Source of the DNA: Narcine bancroftii
Lineage: Eukaryota
Direction: 5' to 3'
DNA length: 64,000 bases
NCBI RefSeq assembly: GCF_036971445.1
Contig: NC_091472.1
Span: 129,084,001 to 129,148,000 of the forward strand
Shown here: positions 25,196-38,067 of the stretch, one piece after another
Layout of the letters: each line of letters opens with the position of its first letter
Numbering within the stretch: the stretch's first letter is position 1
Position numbers and translations under genes: made by a program
The notes under the pieces: generated by a model
What the model was told of the DNA's origin: nothing
The model's input: the letters and a program-made list of their open reading frames with translations, nothing else
Database searches by the model: none

Positions 25196-26645
25196 CAAAT
25201 GTTAAAATCTAAGTGGGGATTTTTTTTTAACGAAAAAGTTTCTTTTGAAACTGAACGTGATCCTTAAGCAGAAAGCATTCTGAGTTTCACTGAAATCAGC
25301 AATCTCAACTAAAATTAATCATTTACAAGATATGGACAAAGTACTCATATGGTTACAGTCTGCAAAACTAAAGTAAGACAAGATATTTACAGCAACGGAG
25401 TACACAAAGTTGGACCGCCTCTGTTCATGGACATGATTATGAACAAAGCTTGGACATTATTTCTTCATTTGTTTGTGTACTTTTGAAGTACAAGCAAAGA
25501 ACACTTTCCACATTTTCTCTAGATATCACATTTGAATACTCACAGTTAAATACAGAATGGCATTAATTATGTGCTTTAAATTGTGGGAGGTGGATTAGAA
25601 TGGTCCAATAGTCAGGCAAGAAAGATTAACTGGACTTTTAGTGAGCAGCTAGGAACTATGGCTAAGCAGAAGTTTGGGGTTCCAATATAGAAATTACTAA
25701 AATCTAGTAGGCAGGTAGAAAATGTACAAGGTGTACAAGGTCCTCGATTTAATTCTGGACACTGAATGCAAAGAAAATCCTGTCCTTTGAATTGAATATA
25801 TGCAATATAATGGTTTGCGAATAAATACAATGGTTAATGACATTTTGCACTGAGTGTTTTCTTACATATTTTTTAAAAAAAGGAGATCCAACTATGCTGT
25901 TTTATATGATAATTCCAACACCTGCAAATTCCACTACAAATGGCACACAGTATTAACTTGGAATTATATTGCTTTTCTTTCATCATTGTCTAGTTCTATT
26001 ATGGAATTCCAAACACAGATTACAAGGTGGGCCAGCATTGACTGATTGACGGTATCAAGGAATTAGCAATAAATTCACTCCTTACTAGTGATACATATAT
26101 GTTGTAAATAAATGAATGGATTTTATAGGATTGAAAAAAATCTCGTGTGAGAGTGTTATAGGAAGAAATAAATGTTAGACGGTTATTCAAAGATTATATA
26201 AGAAAGTATTTCTCTATATAAAATGTGATAGAAATCTGGAATTCTGTCTGCAAAATTATCAAGGCTAGGTTAATTAAACATTAACAATTGATGGTTTTGT
26301 TAGACAAAGAGATAGGGAGTTGAAGAACCAAAATGAGTAGCTGAAGTTATGATACCTATTAGCTTTGTTAAAACTGAATGGCGGAATTGTATCAAGGAAT
26401 GGAAAGATCTAAGGTTATTCCTATGCAATATGAAAATGAGAAAAAAAATCTCACATGAATATTTCAAAAATTATTGCTGCTGTCCCTTTTCAGCAAGTAG
26501 AAAAAGGAAAAAATATGAAACAAAAAAGATTAATTTCCCATTTGTATCTTTCCAATCTTTCAGTACAGAAACCATTAGATCCCTAAAGGAAGAAAGAAAA
26601 TCAACTTCTGAATGTGCTCATTTGTGTTTATTTTTCCCCTTCCAG

Positions 26646-26762
26646 TGGTATTCTATCGGGACTTGGAAATGTTTTGTCTCAAGTGATGGAGCAGCGAAAT
26701 AAGGGTCTAAGTATATCAAAGAATTTAAACTTTGGAGGCCCAGTCAGATTTGGAATATTTGG
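26646..26762 (+). CDS. PXMP2: PXMP2 coding exon 2 (117 nt)
   Basis: cccttccag|T GGT...TTT GG|gtaaga; GILSGLGNVLSQVMEQRNKGLSISKNLNFGGPVRFGIFG. Confidence 0.95.
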
Positions 26763-26879
26763 GTAAGAAGGGTATCATATTTTTATCAACTTTTTAATTC
26801 TATATGTCAGACAATTATGTTTAGTCTGACATTTTACCAAATTTTATTAAGTGAAAAATGGAAATTGATATTGCATGAG

Positions 26880-28560
26880 AAAGGGAAATTGATATTGAGT
26901 AATGAGGAAATGGCCGAGACTGAACAGATATTTTGTGTCAGTCTTCATGTTGGAAGACACGTCCAGCATGCCAAAGAGTGGTGTTAGGGGTGTGAAGGGA
27001 GGTGAGGGCCTCGATAAAATAATTGTTACAAAAGAGATAGTGATGAGCAAACTAATGGGTTTGAAAGTGGACAAATCCCCTGGTCCTGATGGGATGTATC
27101 CCAGGGTACTGAAGGAAATGGTGGGAGTTATAGTTGATGCGTTGGTAGCCATTTACCAAAATTCTCTGGACTCTGGGCAGGTTTTGGCAGATTGGAAGAC
27201 AGCAAATGTCGCACCACTTTTTAAGAAGGGATGTAGGCATAAGACGGGTAACTATTGGCCAGGTAGCTTAATGTCTGTAATCGGGAAAATGCTTGAAGCT
27301 GTCATTAAGGATGACATAGCAAGACATTTAGAACAAAGGGGTTCCATGAGGCAGACGTAGCAAGGATTCAGAAAGGGCAGGTCTTGTATGACAAATGTGC
27401 TGGAGTTCTTTGAGGATATAATGGGTGTAGTTAATAGAGGGGAACAGGTTGATATTGTATATTTGGATTTCCAGAAGGCATTTGATAAGGTGCCACACAA
27501 GAAACTTATCAATAAGATACAGATGAATGGAGACGGGGGAAGTATATTGGAGTGGATTGAGGATTGGTTTACTGACAGAAAGTTGGGATAAATGGGTGTT
27601 TTTCTGATTGACAGATAGTGGGGTGCCACAGGGGTCAGTGCTGGGCCCGCAGCTGTTCACCATTTATATTGATAATTTGGAAGAGGAGACAAATTATACA
27701 GAGAATGTGGAGAGGCTGCAGAAGGATATAGTTAAGTTAGGTGAGTGGGCAAAGGTCTGGCAGATGGAGTACAACATTAGTAAATGTGAGGTCATCCACT
27801 TTGGTAGGAAAAATAGAAGAGCAGATTATTATTTACATGGTGAAAAACTGCAGCATGCTGTAGTGCAGAAGGACTTGGGAGAGCTTGTGCATAAATCACA
27901 AAAAGTTGGGTTGCAGGTACAACAGGCTATTAAGAAGGCAAATGGAATTGAATTCAAGAGCAGGGAAGTCATGCTGCAACTGTACAAGGTACTGGTGAGG
28001 CCGCACCTGGAGTACTGTGTGCAGTTCTGGTCTCAATGCTTGAGGAAGGATATACTGGCCTTGGAGGCAGTCCAGAGGAGGTTCACCAGGTTGATCCCGG
28101 AGATGAGGGGGTTTGACCTATGTGGAGAGATTAAATTACTTGAGATTATACTTACTCAAATTCAGAAGAATGAGAGGAGATCTTATAGAAACATATAAAA
28201 TTATGAAAGATAGAAGTAGGAAAATTGTTTTCACCGGTAGGTGACACGAGAACCAGGGGATACAGCTTCAATATTATGGGGAGTAGATTTCAGATGGAGA
28301 TAAGGAAAAACTGTTTTTCCCAGAGAGTAGTGAATCTATGGAATTCTCTGCCCAGGAAAGCAGTTGAGGCTACTTCATTTAGCATATTTAAGGTTTAGTT
28401 AGATTTTTACATAAAAAAGGAATTAAGGAATATGGGGAAAAGACAGATAGGTGGAGTTGAGTCAATAATCAGATCAGCCATGATCTTATTGAATGGCGAA
28501 CCTGGCAGATGAGCCAGATGGCCTACTCCTGCTCCTATTTCTTATTTTGTAATGTTCTTA
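26880..28560 (+). mobile_element. CR1-type LINE, 5'-truncated RT and 3' UTR
   Basis: KSPGPDGMYPRVLKE, YLDFQKAFDKVPH, GVPQGSVLGPQLF, LVRPHLEYCVQFW motifs; interrupted by stops and deletions. Confidence 0.93.
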
Positions 28561-29187
28561 TAATGCAACCACAAAGGCAGATTTCTAAGTACAAGGTATG
28601 GTGATCTGGAGCATTGAATGGCTAGGGTTATAAGTAGTTCTGGGGTCTGACTCCAGATTGTTGCAGTGTAATAGTGTAATTCATATCCTTGTATTTGCCT
28701 TTTGTATCTGTTATCTTCAGTCTCGGACGGAATGAGATTATACACAAATATTTGGTATGCTGTATGCTTTTGAACTGAGCTTTAGGTTTCTTAATCTCTT
28801 TATTAAAACTTTTTTTCACCTCTCCAAATTCACCTTTTTTTATCAGTCCCTTTGCCATCAAACCCATTTTGTATCTTTTTTTTTGCTTTTTGCCTCTGCC
28901 AAATATAGTTTATTTTACAATATGATAGTCCATTACTTGTCAAGTGTCATTTTGGGAATGGTGGCATGATGTCTGCTCATTATTCAGTTATTTGTTTTTT
29001 TTTTGATCCTGAGGTGCTTGACTAATAATTATTACTTTGTGTCTCTTTGCCACATATGGACTGATTCATGTAATTAATTCTTTTCCAAACTTTCATTGTG
29101 GAAGCCTAATAAGAAATCATCTAAATATTTCCAGTCACTTTCCATCATTTAAAAAAAAATGTTTGCCTTTTTTATTTTCTGTTTCAG

Positions 29188-29350
29188 ATTCATTTTCACG
29201 GGTCCCCTAAGTCATTACTTCTATCTATATCTTGATAAGCTGGTTCCATCTAATGTTCCATACTCTCAAGTAAAAAGACTTCTGCTGGACCGACTGATAT
29301 TTGCCCCAGCATTCCTTGCTCTTTTTTTTGTGGTGATTTCTCTGCTTGAG
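29188..29350 (+). CDS. PXMP2: PXMP2 coding exon 3 (163 nt)
   Basis: tttcag|A TTC...GAG|gtgggt; FIFTGPLSHYFYLYLDKLVPSNVPYSQVKRLLLDRLIFAPAFLALFFVVISLLE. Confidence 0.97.
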
Positions 29351-29576
29351 GTGGGTCTTAGTGATTTTTATTATGCCAAAATGAATATTCTGAGATCGTT
29401 GTTTGGCTTGACAGCAAATATGTTGAAGAGGCACAAAATGATGTGGCATGGAGTTATAAGATTTTAGATAGTAAAGTTATAGGCTCTCTGTAAGACAAAA
29501 TGACCACATCGACTTTATGACTTTGAGAAAAATTATGTCAGAACTTATTCAATGAAAAACAAAATAGTAAATTTTA

Positions 29577-29625
29577 AACTTAACTTAACTAAACTAAATT
29601 AAACTAAACTTAACTAAACTAAATT
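29577..29625. repeat. Imperfect (AACTT/AACTA/AATTA)n pentamer microsatellite
   Basis: aacttaacttaactaaactaaattaaactaaacttaactaaactaaatt. Confidence 0.7.
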
Positions 29626-29909
29626 GTTTCAATTAACTTATTAATCATTCAACCCTGGGGAAAAAAATGCAGTGAAGAATATTCTATAGGCTTCAATTAG
29701 CATGTTTTCTGATTAAAACAAAGCTCAATATAAATTTTCTTGTCAATTTACCACCCTCCCAAAACTTCTTATCTGAAAAAAAATATAGTGAATCAGTCAA
29801 TTTATAAATTTCACAAGAAAGCTATATATCTCCCACTGCTGTAGTTTCGTGATCTGTAATTACAGCTTGTTGTTATTATCAAATAATTTAATAAATGCAT
29901 TCTATCATA

Positions 29910-30500
29910 TCAAATTATTGGAGCTCTTTGAAGATATAGTATGCACTGTGAATAAAGATTTTTTAAAAATCAGTGGACAAATATACTTATATTTCCAGGT
30001 GGTATTTGATAAGGTGCTGCATCAAAGGTTATTGCAGAAAATAAAAGCTCATGGTAGAGGAAGCTAACTCCTTGATGTGGAGAGAATAGCTGGCAATCAG
30101 GAAACCCAGTAGGTAAAAATGGTATTCTTGTTGACAAGATGCATGCCACAGGAATTGGTGTCACAGGAAGAGGATCAACATTTTGCAGTTTATATAAAAA
30201 TGCTGAAGACACAAGGTTGTCAACATAGGGAAGCAATAGATGGGATAACAGAGTTGGAAAAAATCTGGCAGATTGTGGGAAAATGTGAAATTGTCCATTT
30301 TGTAAAGTAAAATAAAAGATAAACTTGTTATTTAAATGGACAAAAATTGCAAAGTTCTGAGCTACAGAGGGATCTGGGTAATGAACGAGTAATTTGGAAA
30401 GCCATGAGAATGTTAATTGCTTTTTGTGAGGGGAATTGAATAGAAAATTAGGGAGGCTATACTTTGGTGAACATTGGTGAGACATCACCGAGTGTAATGA
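29910..30500 (+). mobile_element. Highly degraded CR1 RT fragment
   Basis: YFQVVFDKVLHQRLLQKIKAHG and GKCEIVHF resemble CR1 RT blocks. Confidence 0.65.
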
Positions 30501-30504
30501 AGAC

Positions 30505-31715
30505 AGTAAAAACATAATGCTGGAGAAACTTTGCAGGTTGTTAGGTAAAAACATCATGAGCTGGGAATGAAGAAGGAGTCACCCAGTGCTGGGCCGTAAC
30601 AAGATGCAGTTGTGACCTTGTACTCTCAAGATAAGAGTGGTAATGACAAATTGATGTGCAGCAAGCTAGCAGAGAAGGATAGCAACAGTTTATTCATTGG
30701 ACAATGTAATAATGTAATGGTATGATAATTTACTAAGTACGTATCCTGAGGTATAAAAAAACACCACTTGCTGATAACGGCAGAATGCGCCTTCTCCAAC
30801 TCACACTGTTAGTTGCAAGTGTTACAATCCGGTAATAAAGAACAAAGAACCTTGATTTCGACTCAGTCTGGTGTCTGACTCACTCATTCATGAACAAAGC
30901 AGACCTAACAAGGTGAAACAGTGTATTTTTTAATAGCAAAGATAAAAGTACATAACTAATGTTTCAGGCTGGAGCCCTTCATCAAGGTATGGAAAAATGT
31001 TGGCAGGTGTGCAAATAAAAGGGTAAGGGGGGAGGTGTGGTTTCAAAGGCAGGAGGTATAGGTGGAGAAGGGAGGGAGGGCACAGCTGCGATCAAGGGGA
31101 GGAGGGATGGCTAGATGAATAGAGAGGGAAGGGAGTGGAGAGCTGACAGGGAGAAGAGAGGGTTAAAGGAGAGCAAGTTAGCAGAAACCGAAAAAGTCAA
31201 TGTTAATGTCATCTGCCTGGAGAGTGCCCAGAAGGAAAATCAGGTGTTGTTCCTCCAATTTATAGGTAGTTTTGGTGGAATAGTACGAGCCCATGGGCAG
31301 ACATGTGAGTACAGGAGTAGGAAACAGACTGAAATGGTTGGCCACCGGGAGGTCTCTGTCACCGGTGCAGACAGAGCGAAGGTGCTCAGCAAAGTGATCT
31401 CCCAGTCTGTGCCCAGTCTTTCCAATGTAGAGAAGGCTACAAAGAGAGCACCGGATGCAGTAAATCAATCCTGCAGATACAGAAGTTAAATGTTCCTTCA
31501 CTTGAAAGCCTTGTTTGGGACCCCGGACTATTGTGAGGGTGGAGGTGTGGATGCAAGTGTGGCATGCTTTGGGGGGGGGGATTTGTGAGGAGGGGTGAGT
31601 GCATGAGTGAATCAATGAGGGAGCGGCCCTATGGAAGGTAGAGAGAAGAAGATGTATTTGGTAGTGGGATCTTGTTGTAAGTGCCAAATTTCCTGGAAGA
31701 AAATGTGTTGGATTT
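30505..31715 (-). mobile_element. Penelope-like retroelement fragment (GIY-YIG endonuclease), interrupted by a solo LTR
   Basis: Minus ORF 31178-31687 reads CHTC...LIYCIRCSLCSLLYIGKTGHRLGDHFAEHLRSV...PVANHF...LEEQHLIFLLGTLQ. Confidence 0.88.
30539..30910 (+). mobile_element. Solo LTR (372 bp) in PXMP2 intron 3
   Basis: Perfect 8-bp inverted termini TGTTAGGT...ACCTAACA; 4-bp TSD AGGT (30535-30538 and 30911-30914); TATAAAA at 30753; AATAAA at 30834. Confidence 0.9.
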
Positions 31716-33276
31716 CACAAGGAAGTCACGGAGACAGTATTTATACTCCTGATTTAAAGAAAAATGGTAATATTTTAGAACATTTACCAGACTATCACGT
31801 CACACTGTTTTCTCCCACCTTCTATTGAGCAAACATGCACAACTTTGAAAATTAACCTCCAGATTCAACCACAGTTTCTTTCTATCATACTTTTGAAAGG
31901 TCCACTCATTAGTAAAAGATAAGATCTTTGCATTGCTTATCTGTACTTTTCTCTATATCTTACACTTCGTTTGAGTAAGTAAATATTCTGCATTTTTTTA
32001 CGTATTATAACACTGTACTCTGCAATTTTGTTTTATTTTTGCTCTATCTATTACATTGAAATATGGGTTGAATTGCCTGGATAGCAGGAAAAATAGCACT
32101 TTTCAATATATTTTGGTAAACATGACAATTAAAAAAAATCAATTCAATAATATTTTGAATTGGTGAGATGTCTTAAGGAAAGCTGTACAGATTAGTCAGT
32201 GAGAGTTTGCAAGAGTGAGAGACAACTCACTCTTAAATATGTGAGATCCTTACTGATGGACAATGAGATGATGTTTCTACTTGTGTGAGTTTCTAAAGCC
32301 TTCTTTTCTCAGATGATCATGGATGTTTGGATCTCACTTCTTCAGAGAGCATCTGAATACTGAATCTGACTATTTGTAAAGCAGAGATAGATCATTACTT
32401 GATAAAGAAGGATGTGGAAGGTTACCTTGGTAGATGGAAATGCAGATTGAGATGACAGTCAAGTTTGAAATAATCTTATTAAACAGTGAATTTAGGAACT
32501 AAGTGACTACGCACTGCTTTATGTTCATGTGTAGTAGTGGTAAAGCAAAGAGCATATTGAATTAATTTGATTCAAAAGACTATGAATTTGAAAGGTTTAA
32601 AATTAAACCTTATGAGCTACAATTCTAAACATGAACTATTCTGGCATCACCAAAAGATTTGTCTGCACTATTAAAACTACACTTTTTTTTGCATTAACTC
32701 CAACTGTGAATATATCTCCTTTTTCCTTTATCATGCCCATTCAGTTTAACATAAACAAAATGCAATGCAATCTTGAGATATATTTTTTCAAAAGAAGAAT
32801 GAAGTGCCATGAATAATTTAATTGGGCTTTAGTATTTATTTGGTGCAGTAGCAGGACTACTATCTCTCGGTTGTGTACTCAAATCTCATGCAACAGTGCA
32901 GTGAAGGTTAGATCATCAACACAGCATTGTGGGATTACTGCAGTGCTGGATATGCTGTCCAATGAGAGATGAAACAAAGGTTTTGTCAACATGTTTCAGT
33001 GACTTGGGTGGTCATGAAAGATTCTATGGAACTATTTGAAGAAAGACAAGAAGTTTTGCAGATGATTTTCCCAATATTCTCTTCTAATCAGTATAATCTG
33101 TTTGTGGGACAATGTGGAATGCAAACTTGCCTGCTCATTTGAAAATTCAGTGGAAATGTAGTTAATTTTATAGTGCTTTGAAGTGGTTTATTTTACAAAA
33201 TGTCAGTTAGCTATAATGAGCAGAATGAATTACAAAAGTGATTTTAAATAAAACATAATCATTATGTCTGTAATAG

Positions 33277-33396
33277 GGAAAGAACTTGAAGTCACTGAAG
33301 GACAAGATGCAGACTGGATACTGGGTAGCACTGAAAATGAATTGGAAAGTTTGGACCATCTTTCAGTACATTAACATTAATTATGTGCCTGTTCAG
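33277..33396 (+). CDS. PXMP2: PXMP2 coding exon 4 (120 nt)
   Basis: taatag|GGA...CAG|gtaaag; GKNLKSLKDKMQTGYWVALKMNWKVWTIFQYININYVPVQ. Confidence 0.96.
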
Positions 33397-34159
33397 GTAA
33401 AGTACATTTGCTGACTGGTATTGCATCTAGATGTTTTGTCTGGACCTTTGAGTACTTTCAATATGTTGGAGCAGACATTTTCAAATGCACCTGCATAGAG
33501 CTATAAAACATTCAGAATTATCAGCATTGTTGCTGATAAGAAAGATTATGAGCAAGCAATTATATATTCAACTCACCTACCTTTTACACTAGTCAGTTAC
33601 TTACACATTTATGATGTCTCAACAGCATACTCCTCATGGATACTCAGAAAACCTCAGCAGCTTCCCTTGACTCTCCCATTGTTTGCAATGGATTCCAGAG
33701 GGCACAGTATATGATCTTTTAGTGTCAGCAGTATATGTTGATAATAACTAAAATGTCAGGGGCAATGATAAGGAAACTTTTTGATAATTAAAACATGTCA
33801 TCAATGAAAAGAAAAGCCTTAGCTTGCAGGAGTAAATTGAGATCAATTGGTGAAAATGATTAGCAAAAGGAATTCAATCTCCAGAATTTCAAGGTACCTG
33901 TAATGCTTTTGGAGAACTGTTGCAAGCATAATAAATGAGAGGATACTGAGAGTTGCAGAGAAATAGAAGGGCATTGGGATTCAGTTCCACAGATCTTCAA
34001 AAGTAAGCAGGATACCTCAATACAATAGTTAAAAAGGTGCAATTGGTCAAATAATAAAGGAGAATGGAATATATATTTATGTATTGCATGATGTAAGTCA
34101 CAACCTAAATAACGTCCACAATTCTGATCATCATATTGCAGGAAATTGCTGCCAGAACT

Positions 34160-34720
34160 GTTCAGAACCAGAATTTATTGTCATGAATATGGAACACAGT
34201 GCAAACATTTCTATACACTGTACCACATTTCAAAATAAATTAAAAGTTGCAGGAAAAAGAAGAAAAAAAAGACAAAGTGAGGTAGTACATGTGGGTCATT
34301 GTTCATTCACAAATCTGTTGGCAGAGGGGAAGAAGCTGTCCTTGTGCCTCTGAGTGGTCATCTTCAGACTCCTGTACCTTTTTCCTGTTGATAGCAGAGT
34401 GAAGAGGGCTTGGCCTGGGTGGTGGGGGTCTTTAAGGATAGAGGCTGCTTTCTTAAGACACTGCCTCTTGTAATGTCCTCGATGGAGTGAAGACTGGTGC
34501 CTGTGATGTCGCAGGCTGAGTTAACAACCCTCTGGAGTTTTTGCCTGTCCTGAGCATTAGATCCCCGATACCAAACAGTAATGCAATCAGACAGAATGCT
34601 CTTCACCATACATCTATAGAGGTTTTTGAGGGTCTTTTGTGACATACCGAACCTCCTCAAACTCCTCACAAAATATAGCTTCTGGCGAGCTTTCTTCGTG
34701 ATTACATGACAGATCCTCAT
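34160..34720 (-). mobile_element. Rex1/Babar-like LINE 3' fragment
   Basis: KKARQKLYFVRSLRRFG...LYRCMVKSILSDCITVWY...DRQKLQRVVNSA is typical of the Rex1/Babar ORF C-terminus. Confidence 0.8.
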
Positions 34721-35351
34721 GTTGATATCCTGATCCATTGACAGTAAAATGATAGTGCAGGGCAAATACATTGTCTAATATCCTATTCCATATCCTTCGC
34801 TGCATGAGATCATAACTTCAAGAATATAAACAGAACATGCAGTATTTTTCGTTCTATATATTAAACATGGGCAGAGGTTAAAATAGTTTTCTTATAAATG
34901 CCTTCATCGCAATGTTTGTTCGCATTCCCATTGTTGACCATTTGTGTTCTTTAATTGCTTTTTTTTTTCTATGACTGAATATTTTTCCTTATATGGTGTA
35001 AACCGACCACATACACTCCGTGCTTTTCTGTGCACAGCATTATGTATCCCTGATCACCATATATTTTACATTCTCTGTTACAAAACACACTTAATAAATT
35101 TCAGATACTTCTTTGACAAAAAGTTTCAATTTCAGCATATGCTTTTTTGGATAGATTAGTAGGAAGCAGATGAAATAATTTTAGGGATAAGTTTACAAAC
35201 CCCAAGTATTGAAGCATTTGAATCATCAATGTAAAGGGAACGGTTCATTTTTCCTGGTACTTAATTGCTTTTAGATTATTGCAAATGTCATAACAATTAG
35301 GATGAAATACTTGTATGCTTATTATTGTGTTCTTTGCTATTTGTTTTCCAG

Positions 35352-35420
35352 TTCCGTGTGCTGTTTGCAAATTTGGTAGCTCTGTTCTGGTATGCATACC
35401 TTGCTTCAGTGAGAAGATGA
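35352..35420 (+). CDS. PXMP2: PXMP2 coding exon 5 (69 nt including stop)
   Basis: ttttccag|TTC...AGA TGA; FRVLFANLVALFWYAYLASVRR*. The five exons total 576 nt, giving 191 aa plus stop. Confidence 0.97.
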   Translation, partial: FRVLFANLVALFWYAYLASVRR

Positions 35421-37827
35421 GGCCTCATCGTTAATATTAACCGCTATCTGGTTGTAATGGTTTCTTTCACTCTGAGAATAACCTTGACATAAGGCTGCAA
35501 TGAATAGACATGGCCAAATACTAATATAATTTTTAATGATTTCCCAAAACATTTCACAGATGGATAACTGTTTTACTTGGAAAATGTGCTTTTGTGTAAG
35601 CTAGATGAAGCATTTACTGTTAACTGGATTTTTTTTTTAAACTGTTGGAGATCAACTAATCTTGCAACTATTGTCAACATTTTTTTTCAGTACCTTTGAT
35701 TTATAATTACAAGGTGGTATTTAATCAAGGGTGTATGTTGGGGATATAAATTGTTAAAACAAAGCAAGAATGCCTGTGATAACTGCAAAATATAGACTAC
35801 ATTTAGGAATCTTATTTAATGTAATTATTTAATATATTTGGTTTTAGTTTGCTTAGAATCTGTCAAATTTTAAAATAACATTTAAATGAATTTACCAATA
35901 TATCTAGAACCAGAAACTAATATTCCAAATTAATTGATAATGTAATGATAGTGTATTTGATTGTATAGTATTACATTTTTTTTTTAAATTAAACATACAG
36001 CATGGTAACAGGCCATTTTAGCCCATGATTCAGTGCTGCCTAATTTACATCCAATTGCACGTTTCGAACAATGGGGGAAAACTAGAGCTCCCATGGAAAA
36101 CCTATGCAGACACGGGGAGAACATACAAACTCCTTATAGAGAGCACAGGATGTGCTGAAAAGGTGTTGCCCCTTAAGAGAAAGTAGCAGACGATAATCAA
36201 ATTAATTTTGGATATAGTACCCAAGATCATCATGGATTAATTAAATTTGTCTTTGAACAATGAAATAAAGAAAAATAGAAGCAAAAGTAGGGAAAACGGT
36301 TTTTCTTTTCACCATTCTATAAGATCATGCCTGGTCAGATTTTGAGATCAATGCTAGTTTCTTACCAGATCTCTTAACTTGATTCCTCAATTTTTATTAT
36401 TTTTAATGAATTAACATTCTGTAAAGAATTTCAAAAATTCCCTCCTTTTTCAGTCTTTTTTCCCCAGTCCATGCCCTTTTCAAATTTGCCCATAAAGGAA
36501 GCTTGTTTACATGTTTCATGTCCCTGGAATACTTTATGTATCAATAGTTTATGTATAAATTAGATCAACTCTCATTCTTCTGAATTTCTTTATTCTGAAT
36601 ATCTATGATGGTGAAGATTTTAGGCCACAAAGGAGTTTGGGCTATGGGGAGAGAATAAAAATAGTCTTGCAGTCAAAAGTGTATCAACCATAATCTTATT
36701 TTCTTATTGAGTGGCAGAACAGGCGCAAGAGATCAATTGACTGGTGCTCCTATTTCTTATGTTCTTGATGTTTATGGTGAGTATATCTAGTTTGCTTTCC
36801 CAAACTATGAAGCTGCACAAATCATGAAGCACTTGTAGCAAGATGCTAGATTTACCTATCCCATGGCACAAATGCAGAGTGCTCTTTTTTATAAATAAAG
36901 ACAAATTATCCACTTTATAGCATTTTCTCAACAATTTCTGGTACAAAATGTTAATAATTTTAGAAATCTTTTAATTCAAAATTCTATTCTCCATGACTCG
37001 TATAAAATGATTTTTTTTTATAAAATGTATTTCTTTACAATTTTTTTATGTTAAGTTCTAATTGTCAATACAGAGTAAGTTCTCACATTGAGTGATTCAG
37101 TGTGTTGGCATATATTAAAGGCTTTAAGATATTTGATGTGTGTTTTGTTAAGCAATTACACTTCTTGGTCAAGGAAGACATAATGGCTCATGATTATCGT
37201 ACCAAAGCATACACATTGCTTCTCTTCAAAGGCATTTAACCATCATTTATTTTTGCATGATAGCATTTTGCTGATTTCATGTAGTCACTGAATCTTTGTT
37301 GTCTCTGGAGAAAGGTTCTGTGCAAACAATCCTTTCTGTTATGGGAATACGTGATGTTGTATACGGAGCTTCATTGTATGGTGTTTTAGTTTGGTGCCAT
37401 CTGAATAAAAATGCGTACAGCTTCATTCAAGTGAGGTTATTTTCAAAGAGAAAATGCACAACAAATTGGCAACGAGGATCAAAACAAAAATCCACATTCT
37501 GGACAACGGAATCTATGGGATTTTGAGTAAAAGGATGTTAGTGCTGAGAATTTTATTAAAAACTACTAATAATATAACACATTAAGTTAACTTAACCCCA
37601 ACTATGCGCGAATGTGTGTGTGTGTGTGTATGAGAGTGATACCCAAACCATTACAGCTTCGGCACAATTCTGGAAAGTCATTCCAAAGTTCAGCCTTAGA
37701 AATCCTGTGTTGAAACATAGACTTTTAAACTGATGCCCAGAAGTAATTACGAAGGAGGTGGGAGAGACTGAGTGACTGGACTGCTGAAAACTCACGAATC
37801 CTTGTCGTTTCTTGCTGAGAAATATCC

Positions 37828-38067
37828 TGTGGTGAAAGGCATTTACATAGATGTATGGACTGGCCAGTCCAAACCTCCCTGACTTACCCTAACTCCTCTT
37901 TGGCTCCTCCCTGGAATTCCCAATAAAGGTTGGCAAACCCAGACTTGCCCCCTCTTGCTCCTGTACCTGGAATCTGGCCAAGTAGTGTATCAGTAATGCT
38001 CATGTTTTTGGTAATTAAAGCGGCTTAATCACTCCATCATGTTGATATGATTATTGTGTGCTCCACA
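37828..38067 (+). repeat. 5' LTR (240 bp)
   Basis: Direct repeat of 42170-42399; about 16 substitutions plus 11-bp and 1-bp indels by hand count. Confidence 0.95.

Noticed and set aside
35421-37410. PXMP2 poly(A) site
   Set aside because: Several AATAAA candidates (36264, 36654, near 36894, 37404); the sequence alone cannot identify the one used.
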